From assembly GCA_015228925.1 (NCBI GenBank), contig JADGCQ010000007.1:1588-65587 (forward strand): DNA of 64,000 nucleotides. The letters run 5' to 3'. A program made the position numbers and the translations under genes. This DNA is from Magnetococcales bacterium. Its GTDB lineage: Bacteria > Pseudomonadota > Magnetococcia > Magnetococcales > UBA8363. Positions 31,828 through 40,372 of this stretch are shown here, one piece after another. Positions within the stretch are counted from its first letter, which is position 1. Each line of letters starts with the position of its first letter. The notes under the pieces are model-generated. The model ran no database searches. It was not told where the DNA came from and saw only the letters and a program-made list of their open reading frames with translations.

Positions 31828-33317
31828 GCGAAGAGACGATTCCACAGTTATTGCAGCAGGCCACCGAGTTTTATGCTCAGGGCAATCTTGCCAAGGCGGG
31901 TGCGCTGGCCAATCAGGTCTATGGCAAACAACACGATAACCATCATGCCCTCTATATTTTGGGGATGGTCGCCAATGCCGCAGGTCGGGATACGCTGGCG
32001 GTGACGTTGTTACAGCAAGCCATCGCCATCCATGCGCATCACCCTTATTATTATTTTCATTTGGGGAGTATTCTGCAAGGTCAGGAACGATTGGTACGGG
32101 CCAAAGATGCCTATCAGTCGGCCCTGCAACTCAAACCTGATTTTTGTGAAGCGCATTTGAATCTGGGCAATATTCAGTTTTTAGAGGGCGATGCTGGGGG
32201 TGCCAGGGAAAGTTTTCAGGCGGCCATCGCTTGTAATCCCAATCATGCCACGGCTTATTTCAATCTTGGGGTGTTATCTCAGGAAGAGGGCGACCATGAA
32301 GCTGCTCTGTTGTCTATTGACCGCTCGTTACAGTGTCATCCCGATGCCCCCCAGGCCCACATGGCCAAGGCATTTTCATTGCTGATGCTGGAGCGTTTTG
32401 CCGAGGGATGGTTGGAATATGAATGGCGTTGGCGTCTGGATAATCTTTCGCCACGGATTTGTCCCAAACCCCGTTGGCAGGGCGAATCATTGGCGGGGAA
32501 GAGTATCTATGTTTATACCGAACAGGGTTTTGGTGATGCTATTATGGTGTGCCGCCTTTTGAAGTTATTGAAAGCTGGAGGGGCGCGGGTTCATTTTGAG
32601 TGTAAGCCGGAGTTGGAATCTTTGTTACGCCTTGCCGAGTTGTCGGATTTACTGCACATCCGCCAGCCCGATGATGTCGATCCGCCCCCTTTTGACTATG
32701 ATGTGCATCTTCCCATCATGAGTTTGCCTGGTTTTTTTATCCAGACTTTGGCTGACATTCCCAAGGAAATTCCTTATTTGAAGGCAGACCCTGATCGCCT
32801 TCTGTATTGGTGTCGTCGTCTGAATCCGGGACATGGATTAAAAGTGGGGCTGAACTGGTCCGGCAATCCCAATGCCACCGCCAACCGTTACCGAGCTTGC
32901 ACGCTTCAGGATTTATATCCATTGACTCAGGTTCCTGGAGTCCGTTTTTTCAGTTTACAAAAGGGGTCACCTGCCGAGCAGTTGCGGTTTGTGGACAAGG
33001 AGGGAAAAATTACCGATTATGCGGACGAGTTGGTTGATTTTGCCGAAACTGCCGCATTGTTAAGCAATTTGGATTTGTTGATTTCCACCGATACGGCTGT
33101 GGTGCATTTGGCGGGGGCGTTGGGGATTCCCACCTGGACGTTGTTGCATACCGGTTCCGAATGGCGTTGGCTGGCGCGTCGTGATGACAGCCCCTGGTAT
33201 CCTGGTATGCGGTTGTTTCGTCAAAAGACTCCCAAAGATTGGGCGTCGATGATTGCGGATGTTGTCCAGGAGTTGAAAATTTATCGTCGGGGATTACGGA
33301 AAAGGTCGATGCCATGA
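31824..33317 (+). CDS. TPR-repeat + glycosyltransferase family 9-like protein, paralog 2
   Basis: ATGA overlap with paralog 1 (ATG at 31824). Same block structure: EQGFGDAIMVCRLLKLL, ISTDTAVVHLAGALGIPTWTLL and SEWRWLARRDDSPWYP. Confidence 0.75.
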   Translation: MSEETIPQLLQQATEFYAQGNLAKAGALANQVYGKQHDNHHALYILGMVANAAGRDTLAVTLLQQAIAIHAHHPYYYFHLGSILQGQERLVRAKDAYQSALQLKPDFCEAHLNLGNIQFLEGDAGGARESFQAAIACNPNHATAYFNLGVLSQEEGDHEAALLSIDRSLQCHPDAPQAHMAKAFSLLMLERFAEGWLEYEWRWRLDNLSPRICPKPRWQGESLAGKSIYVYTEQGFGDAIMVCRLLKLLKAGGARVHFECKPELESLLRLAELSDLLHIRQPDDVDPPPFDYDVHLPIMSLPGFFIQTLADIPKEIPYLKADPDRLLYWCRRLNPGHGLKVGLNWSGNPNATANRYRACTLQDLYPLTQVPGVRFFSLQKGSPAEQLRFVDKEGKITDYADELVDFAETAALLSNLDLLISTDTAVVHLAGALGIPTWTLLHTGSEWRWLARRDDSPWYPGMRLFRQKTPKDWASMIADVVQELKIYRRGLRKRSMP

Positions 33318-33628
33318 TGAAGGGGCGGGGGGATGATCCCTGCAAGATTTTTTTTCTTGGAAAAAAATTCCAAATCGTGTACGTTACACGAGGGTGAGAT
33401 GGGGGACCAGTACGGATCGAAGTTAGGGGGCTTTGTCGTTTCACATTGCCGTTTTTGTTCAGGTTTATTCCTGATGGCATGGTCAGTGCTTCAGGTTGAT
33501 TCGGATGAAGCGGGTGGCTTTAGGCTTTTAAATCCGAGGGTACATGGCTCTTGATAGTAGGGATCCAGGGTTGTGTCATCTCCCGACCAAATAGAAGGTG
33601 TTTTTTTGCCGAACAAGTGAGGTCAGAA

Positions 33629-33874
33629 ATGGAAGCGAGCGTTCGTAGTCTTCTCATCAGTATTCTTGATAAAGGTTCTCATGTGATCCGGGACGATGCG
33701 GAGTATAAGACCCTGCGGGACTATGCCGATACTGGACTGGTTGCGTTTGGGTTTCATTTTAAAAATCGGCAGAGTGAAGCCAAATTGACATCTCTTGGAA
33801 GGCGTTATGTTGAGTTTATTGTCAAGCCTGAAGCCAGACGGGAATCGGGCTTGGCCGTGGAAAATGGAGTTTAG
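33629..33874 (+). CDS. Small hypothetical protein (81 aa)
   Basis: gaggt RBS-like motif before the ATG at 33629. MEASVRSLLISILDKGSHVIRDDAEYKTLRDYADTGLV...LTSLGRRYVEFI. I recognise no family. Confidence 0.35.
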   Translation: MEASVRSLLISILDKGSHVIRDDAEYKTLRDYADTGLVAFGFHFKNRQSEAKLTSLGRRYVEFIVKPEARRESGLAVENGV

Positions 33875-33890
33875 TTAGCAATCATGAACA

Positions 33891-34736
33891 GTGCGCAGCA
33901 GACGCTTTTGGTTTCTTGGATTCCGACTCTTCGGCCCAATCTTTCGATTTGTCAACCTGAAATTACGAGGGCTACTTTCTGCTGACGGGACGGGGGTGTA
34001 CGCTTGCTGCAAGGGGGGATTCTCCGATACCGACGATGCGTTACGCGCTGAGGTGGAGTATCACTTTGAATTGAGCAAATTACGCAAGGTATCCATCGGG
34101 ATCCCGGAGTACTTGTGGGTGACGCTGATTGTGCATGAATTGGATCTGATGTCCGGCTTTGTCTATTTCAGTGCCGGTTTCTCAAAAGATCAAGAGGGGA
34201 GGATCCCCGTTCGTGACCTTAGCCAAAGTGACAAGGAAATCCTACTGAATAATATTGCCTTCCGCACTGTCAAAGAAGTTTATCATAAGCATCTTCATCA
34301 TGTGCCGGAAGCTGACGGGATGATTGGCTGTTTTGAATTCCATGGTGATGGTCATGAGTCGTCGGTAAAAGCCAGAGATTATGTTTTTGGGAGTACGATT
34401 GCGTATTATGAGGAGAAGTCAAAGAAATATTTAGACCAATCTTTTATTGACAAAGAATTTTCCAAGGAAGCCCTTTTGACCGTCATGGATATGTTGCTTC
34501 AAGGGAAGGGGGAGATTGTTTTTGCCGCAGCATGTCTTTCTATCATGTCGAAGAGTATTGAAGATCCCGGTTTGATCGAGAATCATCGGGTGAGCATTGA
34601 GCTTTACCAAAAATCGATGGAAGTTTCGCACATGCGGGCGTTTCAGAACTTTCTTTCTCAACACTGCAAAGGTGACTCTTTTCTGAAGAATGGGTTTGAC
34701 GTGGTGACAGGGATGGCGGGGCTTTCCGTTGGATGA
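33891..34736 (+). CDS. Hypothetical protein (281 aa as tracked), no recognisable domain
   Basis: The only upstream start is GTG at 33891; the first in-frame ATG is at 34149. Low G+C (hand-counted lines 33-45%). The stop codon abuts the GT9 relic. Confidence 0.45.
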   Translation: MRSRRFWFLGFRLFGPIFRFVNLKLRGLLSADGTGVYACCKGGFSDTDDALRAEVEYHFELSKLRKVSIGIPEYLWVTLIVHELDLMSGFVYFSAGFSKDQEGRIPVRDLSQSDKEILLNNIAFRTVKEVYHKHLHHVPEADGMIGCFEFHGDGHESSVKARDYVFGSTIAYYEEKSKKYLDQSFIDKEFSKEALLTVMDMLLQGKGEIVFAAACLSIMSKSIEDPGLIENHRVSIELYQKSMEVSHMRAFQNFLSQHCKGDSFLKNGFDVVTGMAGLSVG

Positions 34737-34870
34737 ATACCGGTTCTGAATGGCGTTGGCTTGCTTATGGTGATGACCACCCTTGGTATCCCGGCAAGCG
34801 GTTGTTTCGCCAAAAGATTCCCAAAGGCCGGGCGTCGATGGTTGCGGATGCCGTCTACTTTCGATGGTGA
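34736..34870 (+). pseudogene. 3'-terminal relic (44 codons + stop) of a third TPR-GT9 paralog
   Basis: 34737-34850 aligns without gaps to 33148-33261 with 96/114 identities by hand count. It translates to NTGSEWRWLAYGDDHPWYPGKRLFRQKIPKGRASMVAD, against HTGSEWRWLARRDDSPWYPGMRLFRQKTPKDWASMIAD in paralog 2. No start codon or upstream GT9 sequence remains. Confidence 0.65.
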
Positions 34871-35164
34871 CTCTGGGTTATGGCGATGAAACTCAAAACC
34901 GAAGGGTGTTTGGAATGCCGTGAGGTCGGAGAGGGGGATGGCGAATTGACCGTTGCACAGATGGATCGCGCCCATGCCCGACGGATGGAGGAGGAGATGC
35001 GGTTATCTGGAATGAAACATACCTCCTGGTCGTCTATCTCAGCCTGTGATGATGAGGATCTTGAACCTTCTTGATCGGGTCGCCTTGTCCTGTGTTGGCT
35101 GTGCGTCCGTATATATACAAAAGGGGGGGGAGGCGATTGTTTGACTACGGCTTTTCTCGAACAC

Positions 35165-35199
35165 AAAAAAAACCGCAAACATTGTTTTGCGGTTTTTTT
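35165..35199. terminator. Rho-independent, bidirectional-type terminator hairpin flanked by A- and T-runs
   Basis: aaaaaaaaccgcaaa-cattg-ttttgcggttttttt, immediately 3' of tRNA-Glu on the minus strand. Confidence 0.6.
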
Positions 35200-35218
35200 G
35201 TCTCTTCGGACGTAATTA

Positions 35219-35294
35219 TGGCGTCCCCAACGGGAGTCGAACCCGTGTTACCGGCGTGAGAGGCCAGCGTCCTAGGCCACTAGACGATGGGGAC
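35219..35294 (-). tRNA. tRNA-Glu (anticodon CUC), CCA encoded
   Basis: The reverse complement GTCCCCATCGTCTAGTGGCCTAGGACGCTGGCCTCTCACGCCGGTAACACGGGTTCGACTCCCGTTGGGGACGCCA folds as a cloverleaf. There is a 7-bp acceptor stem, anticodon loop CTCTCAC and a GGTTCGA T-loop. It closely resembles E. coli tRNA-Glu. Confidence 0.9.
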
Positions 35295-35368
35295 CGAAGA
35301 GATAAGCGGAGCATTCTGCACCAACTGCCCCGACTAGGCAAGTAACTTTGTCACTCTCCCTGCGTTAT

Positions 35369-35761
35369 TTAAACCACCTTGATGGGAAACACCGACGGTT
35401 TGCGACGTTTACCCGCTTTCTTCAAGGCTTCCAGATAGTCCTGCCACAACACGTCTTTCTTTTCCCCCAATTCATACAAGGTGTCCCAGGAATAGAGACC
35501 GCTATCGTGGTCGTCACTGAACACCAATTTGACCGCATAATGGCCTACAGGGACAATAGAACGAATCGTAATATCTTGTTTGCCATCGATCAATTGCGCT
35601 TGGTCTGGGGTATGGCCACTACACTTGGCACAGGGACACATCACCCGCAGATATTCCATGGAATACTCATAAACTTCGCCGTTGGACCAACGGATCTGTA
35701 CCTGCCGATCCTTGGTGATCTGCCGAATTTGCGTCGGCTGAAACTGGCTGCTGAAAGACAT
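35369..35761 (-). CDS. DUF971 (gamma-butyrobetaine hydroxylase N-terminal-like) protein
   Basis: VQIRWSNGEVYEYSMEYLRVMCPCAKCSGH...VGHYAVKLVFSDDHDSGLYSW. Confidence 0.7.
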   Translation of the reverse strand: MSFSSQFQPTQIRQITKDRQVQIRWSNGEVYEYSMEYLRVMCPCAKCSGHTPDQAQLIDGKQDITIRSIVPVGHYAVKLVFSDDHDSGLYSWDTLYELGEKKDVLWQDYLEALKKAGKRRKPSVFPIKVV

Positions 35762-35821
35762 GATACCAATGTCACCTCGGTTGAATTGATGGATGCCTGG
35801 ATTCTCTACCTTTCTCTATTC

Positions 35822-36952
35822 TTAAGTCAAGATGGTATCGACACTTAGAACGGGTTCGGTGGGATCAACCCCCAGAATATCGGTGGCAACCGCCTCCAAC
35901 CGCGCACGTCGGTGCCGATAACTTTCATCGGCCAACAATTGTCGCCAATCACCCGGTGTAACCCGATATTTATCCAACATCCGCCCAATCGTCTCGGTGC
36001 GGAACAGGGGACCACCACCATGGTGTGTTATCTCCTCCCAGGCCGCAATAACGCCCCGTTGGGCAGCCTCATTGTCCTCCATCCGGCCCGTACAAACCAG
36101 CACCAAATCACATCCCGCCACCACCGCTCGTCGGGTCCGTTCACGAATATCCCCCTCTAAAGCGGCCATCTCAATGGCGTCGGACACAACCAATCCCCGG
36201 TAACCCCACTCCCGGCGCAACAGGTCAATCAGTATTCGGGAGGACCAAGTTGCCGGATGATCCCGATCTATTTCTGTGGCTACCAGATGGGCCGTCATCA
36301 ACGCCGGTAACTCCCCGGCCAACGTCCTGAAAGGGAGCAATTCTTCACCATCCAATCGTTGTCTGCTTTTATCAACCACCGGCAGATGACGATGCGAATC
36401 CACCATAGCGGCACCGTGTCCTGGAAAATGTTTGCCCACCGCCATGCATCCGCTCTGCGCCAACCCTTGCAGCCATCCCCGCGCCAGCCGTATCACCTGC
36501 TCTGGATGGTCACCAAAAGCGCGATCACCAATGACCGGATGTGCCCCCGGTTCCCTCAGGTCGAGAACCGGGGCACAGTTAACCCCAAAGCCTAAAGAGG
36601 TCAATTCTTGACCACAGATCAAACCCCACAGATAGGCGACTGCCACTGCATCATCCGTGTCGCGTTGATCCCATCGTGCCAACGCCTCGGCGGTGGGGTA
36701 ACGGGTCAGCGGTGTCCGTAACCGCTGAACCCTTCCCCCTTCCTGATCCAACCACAAGGTTGGCGGCGGATCTGTCGTGGCGCGAATGCAACGCACCAAC
36801 GCCACGACCTCATCCAAAGTTCCGAGATTGCGCGAAAAAAGAATGACACCAGCCGGTTTATGATCCATAATCCAGGCTTGTTCGTCGGATTCTAACGTTT
36901 TTCCGGCAATTCCAATCACCAGATGTCCCGCAGGATATTTACTTTCTTTCAT
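35822..36952 (-). CDS. nagZ: Beta-N-acetylhexosaminidase (GH3)
   Basis: DQEGGRVQRL, GFGVNCAPVLD, KHFPGHG and VVSDAIEMAAL. Confidence 0.85.
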   Translation of the reverse strand: MKESKYPAGHLVIGIAGKTLESDEQAWIMDHKPAGVILFSRNLGTLDEVVALVRCIRATTDPPPTLWLDQEGGRVQRLRTPLTRYPTAEALARWDQRDTDDAVAVAYLWGLICGQELTSLGFGVNCAPVLDLREPGAHPVIGDRAFGDHPEQVIRLARGWLQGLAQSGCMAVGKHFPGHGAAMVDSHRHLPVVDKSRQRLDGEELLPFRTLAGELPALMTAHLVATEIDRDHPATWSSRILIDLLRREWGYRGLVVSDAIEMAALEGDIRERTRRAVVAGCDLVLVCTGRMEDNEAAQRGVIAAWEEITHHGGGPLFRTETIGRMLDKYRVTPGDWRQLLADESYRHRRARLEAVATDILGVDPTEPVLSVDTILT

Positions 36953-36960
36953 AACCGACC

Positions 36961-37503
36961 ATGTTTTTTCATCATCCCAATAATCAGACCAGAACGCTCT
37001 GGACCCTGGCTATGCTATCCTATTCGATCTGGATCTACTACCTCTCTTCTGGGGTTGTTGAAATTCCTTTGCCCGATTTCCCTTTCCAAGATAAAATCTT
37101 CCACACCATCGCCTATGGCATCCTTGCGTCTATTTCCTGGTTGATGTTTCGGCAATGGCCCTTTTTTGAACGCCCCTGGTTGTGGGCTTGGCTCTATACG
37201 GCAGGATACGGTATCTCTGATGAATGGCACCAATATTACGTCCCCGGTCGCTATGTAGACGCATGGGATGTTGTCGCCGATGCGTTGGGTGCCGCCTTCT
37301 TCATCTCAATTTTGGAGATCATCCGTTACCGCAATGAAACCATCAGGGATCCTGTGATTCATTTTCACTCCCAGAAGAATGTGCAACGCTTGGCTCAAAA
37401 ACTGGGGCAGATACGTCATCAAAACGGGTTACCGCAACCCGGTTATCGTGAAAAGCTGCCCCCCCATCTGGAGCCACCGAATTCGCCGCCGTCAGGCTGT
37501 TGA
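36961..37503 (+). CDS. VanZ-family membrane protein
   Basis: DKIFHTIAYGILA and SDEWHQYYVPGRYVDAWDVVADALGA. The low-complexity C-terminal tail overlaps the convergent gene. Confidence 0.7.
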   Translation: MFFHHPNNQTRTLWTLAMLSYSIWIYYLSSGVVEIPLPDFPFQDKIFHTIAYGILASISWLMFRQWPFFERPWLWAWLYTAGYGISDEWHQYYVPGRYVDAWDVVADALGAAFFISILEIIRYRNETIRDPVIHFHSQKNVQRLAQKLGQIRHQNGLPQPGYREKLPPHLEPPNSPPSGC

Positions 37504-39448
37504 GCGAAAGGCCATCGGCAAATATCGCCCCTTTCGGCAGACCATGACATAACGTCAATCCAGGTCTTACCGACTCTGTGAGCGTGGCGCACATACGCAA
37601 ACGTCCCCGTTCATTGGCGACGATCACCTCATCTCCCTCCTCAATGGCTCGTGCCCGGGCATCCTCTGGGTGAATCCATAGCCGTGGTGGTTGCCATATC
37701 CGGGTAGCCGTTGGCAAATGCGAAAACGTGGTATTCAAAGTTTCCACGCTGGGAGGAGTCATGAAATCCAGGGTGTCTGTGCGTCCTTGTTGTCCCCGAT
37801 CACGCGCATTGACCGGCCAATGGTCGGGCATGGATGGCATGGCGGGATCACTCCAGTGGGGATAAAAATGAAATCGGCCATCCTGGGTTGGAAATTGTTC
37901 TTCAAACTGGCGTTCAGATCGGGGTGGGCGACAATCCAACCAACCCGGCTTGCTCCACTCTGCCAACGGGGGATAGTTTGAAGCGGCTAACACCTGTTCG
38001 ATCCGCTCCAGACTACTCCCCGAAAACGCCGGTTCCGAAAATCCCATCGCCTGGGCCAACGCATTGACCACATCATGATTGCACCGGGCCTCCCCCCGTG
38101 GAGGTAGGCAACCCATGCCAATCTGGAGAGTATACTGGCCGTAGGATTTAAACAGGTCATCCTGTTCCAAAAAGGTTGTCGCCGGCCAGATGACATCCGC
38201 CAGTTTGGCCGTATCGGTCATCACCTGCTCATGGACCACGGTAAACAGATCTTCGCGCATCAATCCTCGGTGGACCCGATTCAGGTCGGGACAGGAAGTG
38301 GCGGGATTGGCATTAAAAACCAAAAGTCCTTTGATGGGGGGAGAGGGTGGGGCATCGCTCAGCAGTGGTCCCAGGTGGCACATATCCAGGATGCGGGATG
38401 GCCGGGTCATCAGCACCGTCTGTCGCACCGGTTCGCCTTGGATATGAAAGGCATCCCCGGTGGCAAACAAGGCTCCGCCTCCCGGTTTGTCCCAGGCTCC
38501 GGTCATGGCGGCCAAACAGGAGACCGCATGGACGTTGACGGCACCGTTGTTTTGGCGACTCATCCCCAGACCGATGCGGATGAAGGGTGCTTTGGCCTGA
38601 GCCAACCGACGGGCAAAGGTTTGGATGACGGTTCCATCGATTCCCGTGATTTCGGCGGCCCATTCCAAACTTTTTGATTGAAGATGCTCGGCCATGGTGG
38701 GGTCAAAGTCGGTCCGTCGGGCCAGATAATCGATATTTGCCAACCCCTCACGCAGCATCACCCCCATCATAGCCACTGCCAATGCCCCGTCCGTACCTGG
38801 ACGCGGTTGCACATGGTCATGAGCCATGCGGGCGGTTCGGCTGACATAGGGGTCTACCACCACCAACCGTCCCCCTTTTTTTGTGGCTTTTTTCACATGA
38901 CCCATGAGCGTGACATGGGTTACCACCGCATCCATTCCCCATAGGACCACCAAATCGCTCTCTGCCACATCCGCCGGATCCGGTCCTATCGCCCGACCGA
39001 CGCCAGCCCGCCAACCAGCAAAACCGATGGGATAACAAATTGTCCCCAACATGCGGGAAAATCCGGCGCGATGGGTCAACCGATCCACCGCCCCACGCTG
39101 CACCAACCCCATGGTCCCGCCATAATAAAACGGCCATATCGCTTCGGGGGTATGACGGTCCATGATTCCTTGGAATTGTTCCGCCACTCGGTGTAAACTC
39201 TCTTCCCAACCTACCCGGCGGAATTGCCCCGAACCTTTGGGACCGCTACGCACCATGGGAAACAAAATCCGTTCACCTTCCTGAAGATCACGATAGCGGG
39301 CGACTTTGCCGCAAATCACCCCTTGGGTGAATGGGTGGTCTCGACGACCGCGAATGGTTTTGATCTTCTCTTGCTCTACCGCCACCTCCAGGGCACAGGC
39401 ACCGGGGCAATCGAGAGGGCAAACCAGATGATGGTGACGTTCGGTCAT
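37343..39448 (-). CDS. Molybdopterin-dependent oxidoreductase (MopB superfamily, 4Fe-4S N-terminal motif)
   Basis: CPLDCPGACALEV cluster motif. 701 aa with MopB-type blocks (VVLWGMDAVVTH, LLVFNANPATSCPD) and a C-terminal molybdopterin-dinucleotide-binding-like part (IHPEDARARAIEEGDEVIVANERG). Confidence 0.85.
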   Translation of the reverse strand: MTERHHHLVCPLDCPGACALEVAVEQEKIKTIRGRRDHPFTQGVICGKVARYRDLQEGERILFPMVRSGPKGSGQFRRVGWEESLHRVAEQFQGIMDRHTPEAIWPFYYGGTMGLVQRGAVDRLTHRAGFSRMLGTICYPIGFAGWRAGVGRAIGPDPADVAESDLVVLWGMDAVVTHVTLMGHVKKATKKGGRLVVVDPYVSRTARMAHDHVQPRPGTDGALAVAMMGVMLREGLANIDYLARRTDFDPTMAEHLQSKSLEWAAEITGIDGTVIQTFARRLAQAKAPFIRIGLGMSRQNNGAVNVHAVSCLAAMTGAWDKPGGGALFATGDAFHIQGEPVRQTVLMTRPSRILDMCHLGPLLSDAPPSPPIKGLLVFNANPATSCPDLNRVHRGLMREDLFTVVHEQVMTDTAKLADVIWPATTFLEQDDLFKSYGQYTLQIGMGCLPPRGEARCNHDVVNALAQAMGFSEPAFSGSSLERIEQVLAASNYPPLAEWSKPGWLDCRPPRSERQFEEQFPTQDGRFHFYPHWSDPAMPSMPDHWPVNARDRGQQGRTDTLDFMTPPSVETLNTTFSHLPTATRIWQPPRLWIHPEDARARAIEEGDEVIVANERGRLRMCATLTESVRPGLTLCHGLPKGAIFADGLSLNSLTAANSVAPDGGAAFHDNRVAVTRFDDVSAPVFEPSVAHSSGSENESQDP

Positions 39449-39491
39449 GGTTGTCCTTTGCCAAAAAGGAAAATTGGGTGATCATTGCGTC

Positions 39492-40115
39492 ATGAAAAAT
39501 GAGACCATTGTGGCATTATTCACCGCTCTGAGGAAAGACAATCCCAACCCCAAGGGCGAATTATACTCCGAAACCCCCTTCCAACATTTGGTGGCGGTCG
39601 TGTTGTCGGCGCAATCTACCGATGCGGGCGTCAATCGTGTCACACCAGCATTGTTTGCCGCCGCCCCCACCGCTTATGACATGGTGCAACTGGGAGAGGA
39701 AGGGATCCGGGATCATATCCGCTCCCTGGGGCTTTTTAATTCCAAGGCTAGACATCTTTTTGCCCTGAGTCACATACTGAACGAGCGTTATCGGGGAGAG
39801 GTTCCCGATGATCGGGCTATTTTGGAATCGTTGCCGGGGGTCGGACGAAAAACCGCCAATGTGGTGTTGAATGTCTGTTTTGGCCATCCAACCTTGGCGG
39901 TGGATACCCATGTATTTCGTTTGGCCCGGCGCACGGGTTTGGCTCAGGGAAAAACACCGGAGGCGGTTGAAAAAATCTTGTTACAAAAAATTCCCCAGGA
40001 ATTTTTGAGACATGCCCATCATTGGCTTATTTTGCATGGTCGCCGTGTCTGCGCCGCTAGAAAACCGGCTTGTCACCACTGCCTGATTGCACCATGGTGC
40101 GAAAAACATTTATAA
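39492..40115 (+). CDS. nth: Endonuclease III
   Basis: HhH-GPD block LPGVGRKTANVVLN, catalytic VDTHVFR, and the C-terminal Fe-S motif CAARKPACHHCLIAPWC. The ATG at 39492 (MKNETIVALF) is preferred over the tracked 39447. Confidence 0.9.
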   Translation: MKNETIVALFTALRKDNPNPKGELYSETPFQHLVAVVLSAQSTDAGVNRVTPALFAAAPTAYDMVQLGEEGIRDHIRSLGLFNSKARHLFALSHILNERYRGEVPDDRAILESLPGVGRKTANVVLNVCFGHPTLAVDTHVFRLARRTGLAQGKTPEAVEKILLQKIPQEFLRHAHHWLILHGRRVCAARKPACHHCLIAPWCEKHL

Positions 40116-40300
40116 GTTCGGAGCTAAACCCATACCATTTCGAGATTCGTAGTTTCTCCACATCGGGATCCAGGGAATTTTTTACCCACAGCCGATCTGC
40201 AAGCTCGAAAGGAGTATAATGGACCCCACTTTCAACCTTCAGCATGTCACACCTTAATATTAAGGAAAGTTACATGCCTATCATGCCTCATTTGCAATCA

Positions 40301-40334
40301 AAAAAACTACGTATTTCGTGATGGTTGCGGTTTA
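40301..40334 (+). repeat. 34-bp direct repeat, copy A
   Basis: aaaaaactacgtatttcgtgatggttgcggttta, 32/34 identical to copy B at 43233-43266. Confidence 0.65.
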
Positions 40335-40372
40335 AGTGCCATTGGGGTCTCGATCACTGAATCGGAAGCACC

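Noticed and set aside
33318-35218. Integrated prophage or integrative element at tRNA-Glu
   Set aside because: No integrase, excisionase or phage-like ORF is present, and I could not see a duplicated tRNA 3' segment by eye. I report only a small foreign-looking cassette.
40057-40245. 62-aa minus-strand ORF overlapping the 3' end of nth
   Set aside because: One third of it overlaps nth on the opposite strand. I see no RBS and no recognisable family, so it is probably spurious.
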